DNA of 64,000 nt from Takakia lepidozioides (Eukaryota > Plantae > Bryophyta): positions 64,542,001 through 64,606,000 of the forward strand of contig CM060732.1 in assembly GCA_030704615.1 (NCBI GenBank), in the 5' to 3' direction. The notes below the pieces were generated by a model. The model worked only from the letters and a program-made list of their open reading frames with translations, was not told the origin of the DNA and did not search any database. Both the position numbers and the translations under genes were made by a program. Below are positions 10,523 to 22,536 of the stretch, piece after piece; within the stretch, counting starts at the first letter, position 1, and each line of letters starts with the position of its first letter.

Positions 10523-13500
10523 ATGGCTTCCTCTGAAGCGGAGTTCTTCTCAGACGACAAACCAGTGCCGTTCTCCCAGGAAGTCCTTGACAATGGATTT
10601 GCAATTGTTCTGGAACATGTCTTGGCTACCCGTTTTCAGCTGCAGAATGGCTCCATCTTTTTGGAGAAAGAGGTTTACGATCTGAAAGGGAAGTTGGTGA
10701 AATATTCTTTCCAAAACCGTGATGAGACGGCTCATATCAGCCAGTGGAGAGTGCGTCCTGGTCGATACAGAGTACTTGGAGAGCCTCGGCGAAAGTCCCT
10801 TGGGTCATATGTGACGCCCGGGACTGCTGCTTCGGTCGTTGAAGACAAGAGGGAGGTGGTGGTGAAAAAAGAACAGACTTCCTCCACTCCAATCGTTGAG
10901 CTTTCGGATTCTTCCGATGATGACATAAGTGAAATTCCAAATCCAGTCCTTCCTACTGTGGTTGCAGAAGCTGATGAAGAAGAGATTTGTAGTGTCATTC
11001 CAAAATTGCGGGCGATGGGAGGAATGGCTGGATTCAAAAGTGAGTTGCGGGGAATTGATTGGGAATCTTTGAAGCAGGTGCCTGTGAAGTTCTTGCCGGA
11101 GACTTTTGATGGCGATATCCTATTCGAGCTGCCTCCTCCTCCGCGAGTTGGAGGTGTAACAATCATGATGCATGGAATGGACAAGAAACACGACGGGCAC
11201 CCGTGGTGCAGAACAAAAACATCCAATATTCAGAATGATGACAAGCTTGTTTTCAGGAGGACAGTTTGCAATGGACACCTTAGGTGTGATAATTTGAATT
11301 GCAGACACTTTCTTCAGTCTGGGTTCATAATCAAAGCGAATGGGAGGGTCTGGCGGAGAATCCATTTCAGCCTGGGACTGCCCCTCCACCGGCAAACACT
11401 TTCGTCTGCAAATTCTGCAAACTTGTGCCATCCTGCTTGGCGCTCTGCGGAGCAAGAATGTACTATGTTGTCCACCGTTTGAATACAATGACGAGAGCTT
11501 GTGTGCATTTTGGATTCCATAACCATCCTGTCTCGAAGGGGGATTACAGGGAGAGTGTTGAGACAGTATCGAGGTTGATCAAACAGGAGTTCGGGAGAAA
11601 CCCATCCGCAACAACATCTGCAATTGCTCTTGGCGCAAGCAAGTCCTTCTTGGAAAGCCATATTTTGAGTGAAGGAGATTCTGTGGGGACTAAACTTGAC
11701 GGTGCAGCATTGGACCTGGTCATGGATCATTTCTCCACTTTAAGTTCACCTAACATTCGGCATCAGATCAATGCATTGAGAATGGGCTCTGGGATCAGAG
11801 GCTACATAGACAATATTTTGGAATTGAAACGACTGAGCAAGTACGATTACATCCAGGACAATGTATTCCCAGGTCAAGGTGCCATCAAAGTTTTTCTTTT
11901 CAAAATGTCGACTGTTGGGGAGGGCAGTGGGGTTAGCCTCGTGAAGCGGATGCAGAAGACTGGGGACTTGCAGAACTGTTTTCTTATGTTTGATCATGTG
12001 AAACGAGTGAAGGATTGGACGACAATGGCTTGTCATGTCTACGATCCAGTGTACCAACGAGTTATGACAATTGCAGTTTGTGACATGCAATCCGAGGATA
12101 CGGAATCCCAGAAGCTCATGTGGAATTCCCTGATACGTGTCATGGGCTGCCATGGGCTGCCATCTCCAAATTTCGCAGGTTTCATGGCGGATAGTGCTCA
12201 AGCAAATTTCAATGCTATTCGTATTGTCTTCGGATCGGGCGACCCAAAAGTGCCTATGCCAGGAAGAGAGCGTACATGTCTATTCCATTGGACACAATCT
12301 CTGGAAAAACATACAAAGTCGGACATCAAACCAGAGATGCAGACTCAGCACCGTAAATTGTGCAAAGAGTACAAAGATGCTAGAACAATGAAGGAGGCGG
12401 ACACTTTGTTCCAGACAATTCGTGCCTGGTGGTTCTCTTCTGGAGCTGCATCACTTGAGAGTATGAGAGCATTGGAAGATTGGCTGGCGTTTTGGCACTT
12501 CCGGTATAGACAGTGGGGAGCAGCCATGACAATGGTACGAGGCTTCTATTTCATGCTTTATTCATACATTTGCTTTCCATATTTTTGACTCATTGCTTTC
12601 TTTATGTTGTTTCCTGTGCACTATTCTGAAGTGTGGTTATCCTCTTTGCAGAACATGTCCATTGAGGAAATGGCGGACATGCCATCTTGCAATTTGGCAG
12701 AAACTGTGCACAATGCATGGTTGCAGCAGTCTGGGAAACGAGGTCGGGATTTGTATGTGGCAACAACAGATGATTTGATACGTGCCTTGCAACAACAAAC
12801 CCGATACCGTGATTTCTTACGAGGTGGGGTTGGTGGCAAGGGTCCGGACAAATGGGAGTTGATGTTGCGTGCTGCAAACAGATCTGGGGATCCAATCAAG
12901 ATAGCACGGGCGGTGAGCATGTATGCCCAGGGAACGCCACTTGTTTCTAGAGTTCCACATCTTGAAGGGGAGGAGAGATTCGGCTCCTGTAAGAGGAAAT
13001 TGAACACTCCACCTGGTTCGGATTCAGATTCCCACAGGGCAGACCGTGATAACTTCTCGAAGCCTCGTGTTCCCCTGCATGACAGCTCCATGTCCGGAAC
13101 CTCCATTGTGGAGGAACCTCCAACACGACGGCAAGCTCCAGCATCAAACCGTGCCACTGAAATGGTGCAGGAGAGAAACAACCCCCTTGATGTGCTTGAG
13201 TCCGCATGCCCCGACCACGTTTGGCACATAGAACGCACAAGTGTCGGGTCTCGTGTGAAATGTACAGCGATCAGGGCAACTAATTTCGAGAAGTGCACTT
13301 CATCTATATCCAGAGGTGGTGCCCGAACTCCTGCTCCGACTTTCACGGGCTTGATGCGTCCATACGGTCAACCAGAAGCCAAGAACCACAAGTTCTGGTT
13401 CTGCGCAGATGATTGTGCCAGATGTGTGCATGGAACTGTGCGTCCTTCCGTAGTGATGAAGCCATCTCCTCCAACCGTTTGGCCCGTGAAGGTGGGAACA

Positions 13501-14036
13501 CATCTCAGCTTTCAGGAGATTGAAATGCTGGAGGAGGCAGGTTTTTCCCTTGCGAGACAACCCCAACTCCATGCATGTGCTACTACTCTGCGTCCTCCCG
13601 GGTCCCCCCGGCAAATCCTGACTTGTGGCCAACCAAACGAGATGGAAAGCTCGTTCGGCGTTTCCCTCCAACCGCTGAACACTTTGGCAAAGTGGAGTCC
13701 GCAAGAATGCTCCAAGCTCGTGTCGGAAGCACCACGGAAGTACCCGATCCAGGATATGGTCGGGTATTCACAATCATCACTTCCACATCTGCTGTTCATG
13801 ACAGGACCTACGACATCACGGTTTCCAATTTCCCCAATTGCACATGTCCTGATTTTGTGAATATGCTATCAACCAGTTTGGGCAAGAGAGGTAAATTCAT
13901 ACCCTGCAAACATTTGTATTTCATATTTTTGAGGAGGATGGTTTGCGATCCCAAACGTGACAACTTCATTCACCAGGCCACTATGAGTTTCAACGAGGTC
14001 GATACTCTTTTGCAGCGGGATACAACACATGGGTAG
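10523..14036 (+). pseudogene. MULE transposase of copy B (GCM-like Zn domain, DDE core, Cys-rich domain, SWIM); 2 exons, 2 frameshifts
   Basis: LMFDHVKR, FMADSAQAN, CLFHW, SCNLAETVHNAW, CTCPDF...CKHLYF. Intron 12535-12651. Frameshifts near 11320 and 13570. Confidence 0.9.
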
Positions 14037-14695
14037 CATGAACTATGTAATGTGGTATGTGGATGACCATGATTTGAAATGTGTAATTCACATCAATTCG
14101 TCGGCTGTGCAATGATATGGCCTCCAACTATACGGAGTGAGGTCTGAGTGACAACTTTTAGGTAGTGCACATTTGTCATTGCACCGTTCGAAGTCTACAT
14201 GTCTTGCTGTCGCTATGCACTACAATCATCTTTTGAAGATGATCATAACTCTCATTGTTATTTGAGGAGGGAGGAAGTCTTCTCGTGGCAGCCTTTATGG
14301 CGCACACTTTGTGAGGATATTTTGTCGTCTTCGTAATTGTAAAAGTGAAACAAGCATTTGTAATTGCACAATGTTGGATGCTGCAATTGTAGGCCTCAAC
14401 GCTCGTCTTGATTCTATTTAGGCAAGATTCCCTGCATTAATTCCACGGTCATAGGACCATCCACGGTTATAGGCGGCGCATGTTAATGCTGACGTGGCAG
14501 TTGACGGACAGTGCCACGTCATCATTTACCGCCACATCAGCATGCTGACATGACGCTCACGCCACGTCAGCGTGTGTGCAGGCTCACGCCACGTCAGCTG
14601 GCGTGAGCGTACGCTCACGCCACGTCACTCCTGCGTGAGCGTACGCTCGTGCGCTCACGTGCAACGCTCACGCCATTGCGTCGTTGGCGTCGGAG

Positions 14696-16248
14696 GACAG
14701 CATGAGGGCACTGCAAGACTAGTTCGCATTTTGGCACTTCCGTTACCGACAATGGGGAGCGGCCATGACAACGGTGAGTGGTTTGCATTCACCTTCGTTT
14801 GGGTGCTTCGGATATATGTTTCATGGTCCAATCCTTATATCGGTTTTGTGTTTTTTGCCTTGCAGCATATGTCCATTGAGGAGATGGCGGACATGCCTTC
14901 TTGCAATCTTGCGGAGACAGTGCACAATGCCTGGTTGCAGCAATCCGGCAAAAAAGGAAGAGATTTGTATGCGGCGACGGCCGATGACCTTATTTGTGCT
15001 CTGCAGCAGCAAACCAGATACAGGTCATTCTTGAGGGGTGGCCTTGGTGGCAAAGGCCCGGACAGGAGCGAGTTGATGTTGCGGGCAGCTAGAAGATCAG
15101 GGGATCCCAGCAAAATAGCGCGGGCCGTGAGCATATGTGCAGATGGCACCCCTCTCGTGGGAAGAGTTCCCCATCTCGAAGGCGAAGAGAGATTCGGGTC
15201 TTGCAAACGGAAATTGGACACCCCTCCGGGATCGGATGCAGATTCCCATAGGGCGGACAGGGTGAACTTCTCGATGCCACGTATTCCCTTGGATCAGAGA
15301 TGGAATTGCGGAACATCCACAGGTGAGGGCTACTCTGCCCCAGAGCGGACCCCTGCATCAAGCACTGTCATTGCAATGGTTGAAGACCAGAACGTGGTGC
15401 CGCATATAATCGAGTCCATGGGCTTGGACGAGGTTTGGCATATAGAACGCCCAAGTGCTGGATTGCGTGTGAAATGCGCGGCGATCAGGGCCACCAATCA
15501 TGAAAAATGTACATCATTAATATCTAGAGGGAAAGAACGCACTGCAGCTCCTACATTCACGGGTTTGTTTCTACCTTACGGACAAGGCGAGGCAAAGAAC
15601 CACAAGTTCTGGTTCTGCGTTGACGATTGTGGGAGATGTGTGCATGGGACAGTGAGGCCTTCCGTGGTAAGGAAGCCTACTCCACCAACCGTGTGGCCTG
15701 TGAAGATGGGCACAGGTCTCACTCACCGAGAGATCGCAATGCTGGAAGAGGCGGGTTTCTCCCTAGCCAGACATTCCATTGCACGTGAAGGTGCTTCAAG
15801 TAGAAGCGGTTCACGGGTACCTCTGCCTGACGCTCACTTGTGGCCAACCAGACGGAATGGGAAGCTGGTTCGACGATTCCCTCCAACCGCAGAACACTAC
15901 GGCAAAATTGAGTCCGCCAGAATGCTTCACGCTCGTGTTGCGGGAACAATGGAAGTGCCTGATCCAGGGTATGGTCGGGTCTTCACCATGATCTCATCCG
16001 CATCTGCGTTGCAGGACAGGACGTACGACATCACTGTTTCCAATTTTCCCAATTGTACATGTCCTGATTTTGTTGGTATGCTTTCAACTAGTTTGGGAAA
16101 GAGAGGGAAGTTCATACCGTGCAAACACCTTTACTTCGTCTTCTTGAGAAGGATGGTTGGTGATCCAAAGCGCGACTTCTTCATTCACCAAGCCACTATG
16201 AGTTTCAACGAAGTCAACACACTTCTACAGCGGGATACAACCCCATAA
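14696..16248 (+). pseudogene. MULE transposase of copy A, 3' part (catalytic Glu, Cys-rich domain, SWIM)
   Basis: DSMRALQD*FAFWHFRYRQWG (TGG>TAG). Intron 14774-14865 at the same position as in copy B. SCNLAETVHNAW; CTCPDF...CKHLYF. Confidence 0.88.
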
Positions 16249-16425
16249 AAATCTGTGTTTTCCTTGACTACAACTTGTAATGGAATGACTGTTCAAGTCT
16301 AGTGTCTCTCAATGTATGTCGTCTAACATCTTTGCTATACGTGGGTCAATGCATTTGTCGCATTGGTTTGTCATTCTCTTTTCATTAGCAAACACAAGAA
16401 ACTACCTTCAGATAGACAGATGATC

Positions 16426-16665
16426 AAATCAACCTCGTGTCAACACGAGGTTTACTTGAAGTTCTCCAAATCCCCCTTGTGTCGACACAAGGTTGATTTT
16501 AGTTCTCAGAAAACAACATCGTGTCAACACGAAGTTCATTTTTGTTCCAGGAAAACAACCTCGTGTTAACACGAGGTTTACTTGAAGTTCTCCAAATCCC
16601 CCTTGTGTCGACACAAGGTTCATTTCAGTTCTACGAAATGAAGCTCCTGTTAACAGAAGGTTGAA
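16426..16665. repeat. Palindrome array near right end of copy A (AACCTCGT-GTYRAC-ACGAGGTT), 6 copies arranged as 2 x 126 bp
   Basis: The block starting at 16431 recurs at 16557. Cores are GTCAAC, GTCGAC and GTTAAC. Confidence 0.9.
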
Positions 16666-17182
16666 CTCCAGGAAAGCCCAAAACCCTTCATCCGTTTCAC
16701 CTTCATGTGGTGAAATCAGCAGTTGGGGGCTCCACGGTTATAGGCCCACCTTCTTTGTGGTGACGTGGCATGACCTGGACCAGGCTCACGCCACGTCAGC
16801 ATCAACGCCACATCAGCAGCATGAGCGTAGGCTCACGCCACGCCATCGTTGTGTGAGCGTATGCTCACACGCTCACGCGCCGGGCTCACACGGTAGCGTC
16901 GTTGGTTTGAACGCAAAATTCATGCCAGATCGAGGCAAGAACATGCCGCCATATATAGAGTGCAGGTTATGAGAAACTATTGAGCAACGGATTGTTCATG
17001 GATGAAGCTTTTCTATCCATTTGGAGCTGTGATATGAAGTTTTCATCCCCGCAGCAAGTAGGTAGGTAGGTAGTTAAAATCTACTAGGTCGTAGAATACC
17101 ACATATAGCACCCCTCCTCAAATCCAGTAGAGCGAGTCTGCTCTAAAAACCGGTTATGAATTTTAGATCATACAAACTAAAA

Positions 17183-17515
17183 CTTGCCACCCGACGCAAC
17201 ACTTAACTTATCCATAGAATGACTGTATGTGGAGTCTATATTTTGCCAAACTTGGTCTACCCTACTGTGCTCCTATTTGTGTTGTTTAGGTCTAGTATTG
17301 TATCTCTAGAGTATCCCAAGCATGGACTCTCTCTCTCTGGGGGATAGTTCTGGTTTAGTCTCTTAAGGTTTGGCAAACATAAGCATACACACACACACAA
17401 TCTGTGTGTGTCCCTCTCTCACACACATTTATTTTTAGTTCTTGTATATCAGGTTTTGTGTGCGCAATCGCTGCCGCATAGGATATTTTTTTCTATCACT
17501 ATCACTTTTTCTTTC

Positions 17516-17582
<67 letters not shown>

Positions 17583-18002
17583 TACTTTTAGGTATTGTGT
17601 AGTAGGTTTATATGCGGGGTCGCTATCGCCGAGGATAATGTCGCGATAATGTCTCATCAAGGGTAAGGAGAACCAAGGTAGGGAACACCGTTGAATGTAA
17701 TAATGAACACTTCATTATTATATGCCATGGGTAGCCATCGCCTAGTTGTGCGCTGTCTCAAGCACTAGTTTCGCAAGCATATCTTCTTTATCTCTCATTT
17801 ATTTTTTGTTTCATATCTTGTATAGTTCTGTTTGTCGACAACCCTAACCACTACATCTCTTGCTTTACTTTTTATTTATTTATTTCTCTCTCTAGCTCTT
17901 TAGTTTTAGTTTTAGTTTTAGTCTACTTGTAGTTCTAGATTATTGCAGCTTTCAGGGTTTTACAAGCTGTGTAACCACATTTGGTTTGTGGGGCTGGCAA
18001 CA
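17183..18002. mobile_element. Possible solo LTR or other repeat
   Basis: Ends ...GGGGCTGGCAACA and starts TTGCCACCCG (weak inverted match). LTR-like composition. No TSD confirmed. Confidence 0.25.
17520..17577. repeat. (CT)n microsatellite
   Basis: Uninterrupted TC dinucleotide run of about 58 bp. Confidence 0.95.
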
Positions 18003-18319
18003 TAGTAATCACTATCTCTGTAGCTATCCAAGGCGGGTCTCATGCAAAGGCCTTAGTAGATTTTACTGTTTGTGGAGTGTTGCATGTCTTGATATTATAG
18101 AAATATCTTTGAAGTGAGTTTCAAAGGCCATTCTGTTTTTTGTTATCCGTTTGTTGAAATTCCATATTGCTTCTTGTCAACCATGCTTAATCAAGACCTA
18201 GATTATTAGGGTAAGATTAACAAATCTCAACACCCCCCCTTTAATCTATCCTTGATTAGATTGTTCTTTTAGATCTTCTCAACATGAACTACACCCATGG
18301 CTAATCTGCAACACTCAAG

Positions 18320-20309
18320 CTAAGCTTTTGGCAATGGCTTGATCAATGCATCACTGAGCATACGCTCAGTGCTACAGTATATTAGTTCTATTGCACCGGC
18401 TTCCACTTTCTCCCATATAAAATGATTTTGCAATTCCATATGTTTCGACCTGTCTTGAAACGAGTGAAACCTAGGATTCTTCGATAAAACAATACATGAT
18501 CGATTGTCGCAATACAACATGGTTGCCTTCAGCGCAGGAAAACCAAGTCCTCCAAGTAACTCACGAAGCCAAATGGCTTCCTTGCCTGCATGGGTAGCGG
18601 CCATGTTGCTGACTTGGTGCTAGTTGACATAGCAACAATAGCATATTTCTTACTCTGCCAAGATATGGCAGCACCATTGAGAGTAAAAACATAACCTGTA
18701 ACTGAACGACGACTATTGACATCCGAAGCCCAGTCAACATCCTAGGGGAAGTCACTCAACATGAGTTCCAAACCATGTGCAATAAAGCATAGGGTCCAAC
18801 AAATTCTTGAAAAATAAAAATTCTAAAAGATTTAATTTTAACAAAAGGTTGTGGTATTATGAAAATTACATTTATAAAAAAAAAGGTATTTTTTTGAATC
18901 TTTGTGTTAATTTTTTTATAAAAAGAATATATGGAAAGAAGAAAAAAAAAGGGGGGGTTGTGATTTGTACGCCTTGACTCCTTTCTACTCACCATACCCT
19001 ATCATTATACAAAGAGAACTTTCATAGTCAAGTTTTCGTCGCATAAGTTCATCAGGCACATGTACATGGGCAGGACATTCAACAACACTAATATTACTTA
19101 GATCAGGCTTTCGACCATGCCACACTTCAAAAGGTGTAGCATTGGGTAAAGAGGAAGTCTTAGAGCGATTCTGGAGATAACAAGCAGTAGTTACAACTTC
19201 TGCCCAAAAAACTTTTGGAAGTTGTGCCAATTTGAGCATACACCTAGCACTCTCAACTAGAATTTTGTTTTTTCTTTCTGATACTCCATTTGGCTGTGGA
19301 GTATACGAGGTGGTTAATTGTCGCAAGATTCCATGCTCACTACAAAAACCATTGTACTCTTTTGAAATGTATTCCCCTCTCCATCTGAGCGAAGAACTTT
19401 GAGATTCTTGCCAGTTTGTTTTTCAGCAAACGTTGAATTGTTCTGAAACTTCTCAAACACCTCACTCTTGTGTCGTAAGAAATATACCACAGTGAAGCGG
19501 GACTTGTCATCAATGAAGGGAGTGAAATATCTAGAGCCTTTTAGTGCTTCAGTTTGCATAGGACCACATATATCCGAATGCACAAGAGCAAGCACGTCCT
19601 CTGCTCGAGTTCCTCCCCCAATAGGGTAAACTTGACGATGTTGTTTGCCTACCAAACAACTATGACAAAGAGGGATATCTAATGTCAAGGTTCCAATGAC
19701 TAATGACTAATTCCTTACTCTACATGTCCTTAATAGCTTGTAGTTTTAAGTGACCTAGCCTTTGATGCCAAAGTAGGGTACAATTTTCATTAGTTGTTGA
19801 AGTAGAACTTAGGCTAATTTGCATTGCACAAACGCCCACTCCAACTGGGAAGAGTGTTCCTCCCATACACAACACCGTATGTGAATATCCTTCATTTTTA
19901 ATGACACATTTGTCTTTACTGAAGTCAAAACTGGTTCCGCCTTGAGTCGACTTTCCCACATAGATCAATAGATTTTTTTTAAGTTTCCCGGGAACATGGA
20001 GTACATCAGCCACTTGGGTGTTGACACCCGAGGTCAAGCAAATTGTTACTCTTCCCTATTCTATGGCTTGTTGGGTACTATCATCTCCCAAATATACAGG
20101 TAAGGGAGAATCAAAGACCTTATAGTCCGTGAACCACTCTCTATGAGGTGTCATGTGCTGTTATGCACCAGAATCCAAATACCATGTTTCACTGGAGTTG
20201 GATCCTATGTACAAACATACAGTGAATAATTGAATACCACTGGTTTCATTAGAATTTGCAGCATTAGCTTGAGACTTGTGTGTCCATTTTGCTTTACTAG
20301 CTGTTTTCT
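18320..20309 (-). pseudogene. Copia pol remnants (protease, integrase, RNase H)
   Basis: ORF fragments 18320-18604, 18985-19326, 19314-19688, 19720-20037 and 20161-20309 with canonical motifs, frameshifts and stops. Confidence 0.88.
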
Positions 20310-20688
20310 CAACGACGCTACCGCGTGAGCGTGAGCTCACGCTATGCTGACATGGCGTGAGCGTAGAGGACCAGCAGCTCATGTGGCGTGAGCGTGAGGG
20401 TGATGTGGCGTGAGCGTGCTGACATGGCAGTGAACAACGTGATGTGGCAGTCATCATGCCTACGTGGAAGTCCACGTGTCCACGTGGGATTCGGCCAACG
20501 TGGCGGACGCCATGTCAACAGAAACATGTAGCGCCTATTGCCGTGGCATTCATTCAGGGTAATTAGAATATGAAAACACCGGAAATGGGAAACCGGAAAC
20601 AAATCCACGCATGCTTATCCATCCCATTTATGTTGCATTGATCACACTATTAAAATGACACACATTCATCAGTTGTGGAAATTGAATT

Positions 20689-22535
20689 GTGAGCTCACCG
20701 AACATTAGAAACCGGGTGAATGCATTGAGGATGGGCTCTGCAAACAGAGGGTATATTGATAACATTTTGGAATTGAAATCTTGGAGCATGTACGACTACA
20801 TTCAAGACAGCGTGTTCCCAAGTCAAGGATCCAACAAAGTGTACAATTTCAAAATGTCAACAGCAGGGGAGGGCAGTGGAGTGAGCCTTGTCAAGCGCAT
20901 GCAAAAAGATGGCGATCTGCAGAACTGTTTCTTTATGTTTGATCACGTCAAACGAGTGAAAGACTGGACAACAATGGCGTGCCATGTTTACGATCCTTTC
21001 TACCAGCGAGTCATATATATTGCAGTGTGTGACATGCAATCAGAGGATGCGGAGTCGCAGCAGCTTATGTGGAGATGTCTCATTCGCGTGATGGCATCCC
21101 ATGGTGTCCCATCCCCAAATTTCGCTGGTTTTATGGCCGACAGTGCTCAAGCGAATTTCGATGTTGTTCGCATTGTGTTCGGCTCAGGAGATCCAAAAGT
21201 GCCAATGCCAGGAAGAGAGCGAACATGTCTTTTCCATTGGACGCAGTCCCTTGAGAAACATACCAAGGCAGACATCAGACTGGACATGCGGGCGATTCAT
21301 CTTAAACTATGCAAACAGTACAAAGATGCCAAAAGCATGGCGGAGGCAAATACTTTGTTCCAGTCGATTCGTGCCTAGTGGTTCTCATCTGGGGCTGTAT
21401 CAGAAGACAGTATGAGAGCGCTGGAAGACTGGCTAGCATTTTGGCACTTCCGGTACAGACAATGGGGAGCATGCATGACAACGGTACCTGAATTTCAGAT
21501 CATGTATTCTCATTGGCTTTGTATGCATTTCGAATCATGTCTGCTGTCATGGGGTGTACCTGTCTGTCCTGATGTGTGTTTTCCCTTTTCTGCAACACTT
21601 GTCAATTGAGGAGATGGCGGACATGCCCTCTTGCAATCTAGCGGAGACAGTGCACAATGCATGGTTGCAGCAGTCTAGAAAGCGGGGGCGGGATTTGTAT
21701 CTGGCGACGGCAGATGATCTCATCCGAGCTCTGCAGCAACAAACAAAATATCGCGATTTCTTGAGGGGTGGCGTTGGTGGCAAAGGCCCTGACAAGTCTG
21801 AGTTGATGTTGCGAGCTGCAAAAAGATCGGGGGATCCAAACAAGATTACCAGAGCTGTTAGCATGTGTGCGGAGGGAACTCCTCTGGTGTCCAAAGTTCC
21901 CCATTTGGAGGGCGAGGAGAGATTCGGGTCCTGTAAACGAAAATTGAACACCCTTCCTGGGTCGGATGCAGACTCGCACAGGGCGGACAGGGACAACTTC
22001 TCCATTCCGCGTGTTCCATTACATGAGAGGTTCGTCTCTGGAATATCCAGTACGGAGCAACGTTTCTCACAAAGTACGCCAGCATCTCCCACTCTCAATG
22101 AGTCGAACTTGCTCTCGCCTGTGGTGGAGTCCACGTGCTCCGACGAAGTGTGGCATATAGAACGCACGAGAGCTGGGTCTCGAGTGAAGTGCTCCGCAAT
22201 CAGAGCCACCAATTGTGAGAAGTGCAAGTCCTTCATAACCAGAGGCAGTGCCTGCACTCCGGCACCGACCTTCAACGGTTTGTTCCAGCCTTATGGGCAG
22301 CCACAGGCGAAAAACCATAAATTTTGGTTCTGCGCTGACAACTGTGGTAGGTGCATGCGTGGGACCGTGCAACCATCAGTGGTCATGAAGCCTCCTCCAT
22401 CGACCGTTTGGCCAGTCAAGGTGGGGACACATCTCACAAGTCAGGAGATTGCAATGTTGGAGGAGGCAGGGTTCTCCCTTCAGCGAGAAGCCTCTGTGCG
22501 TGCAAGTGCTTCCACTTCAGGAAGTTCTAGAGTGA
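20689..22535 (+). pseudogene. Inverted central segment of copy C transposase (DDE core to Cys-rich domain; SWIM missing)
   Basis: SSPNIRNRVNALRMGS...FMFDHVKR...SCNLAETVHNAW...SGSSRV. Strand is opposite to its own N-terminus. Confidence 0.85.
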
Positions 22536-22536
22536 C

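Larger units (their letters stand above)
3335..14686 (+). mobile_element. MULE-like DNA transposon copy B, full length (11,352 bp), nested in copy A transposase
   Basis: 9-bp TSD GCGGCGGAG (3326-3334) / GCGTCGGAG (14687-14695), one mismatch. Removing B restores SSGAASEDSMRAL. Degenerate TIR CAGGGATGCCTCGGCGTGAGC vs CAACGACGCAATGGCGTGAGC. Two divergent genes. Confidence 0.92.
1..16904 (+). mobile_element. MULE-like DNA transposon copy A (ParB-MTase cargo family); left end outside window; interrupted by copy B
   Basis: Cargo exons at 5-867 (-). Transposase at 1405-3334 resumes in frame at 14696. Ends in GTAGCGTCGTTG at 16904, the same terminal GCGTCGTTG as copies B and C. Predicted right TSD is GTTTGAACG (16905-16913). 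Confidence 0.85.
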
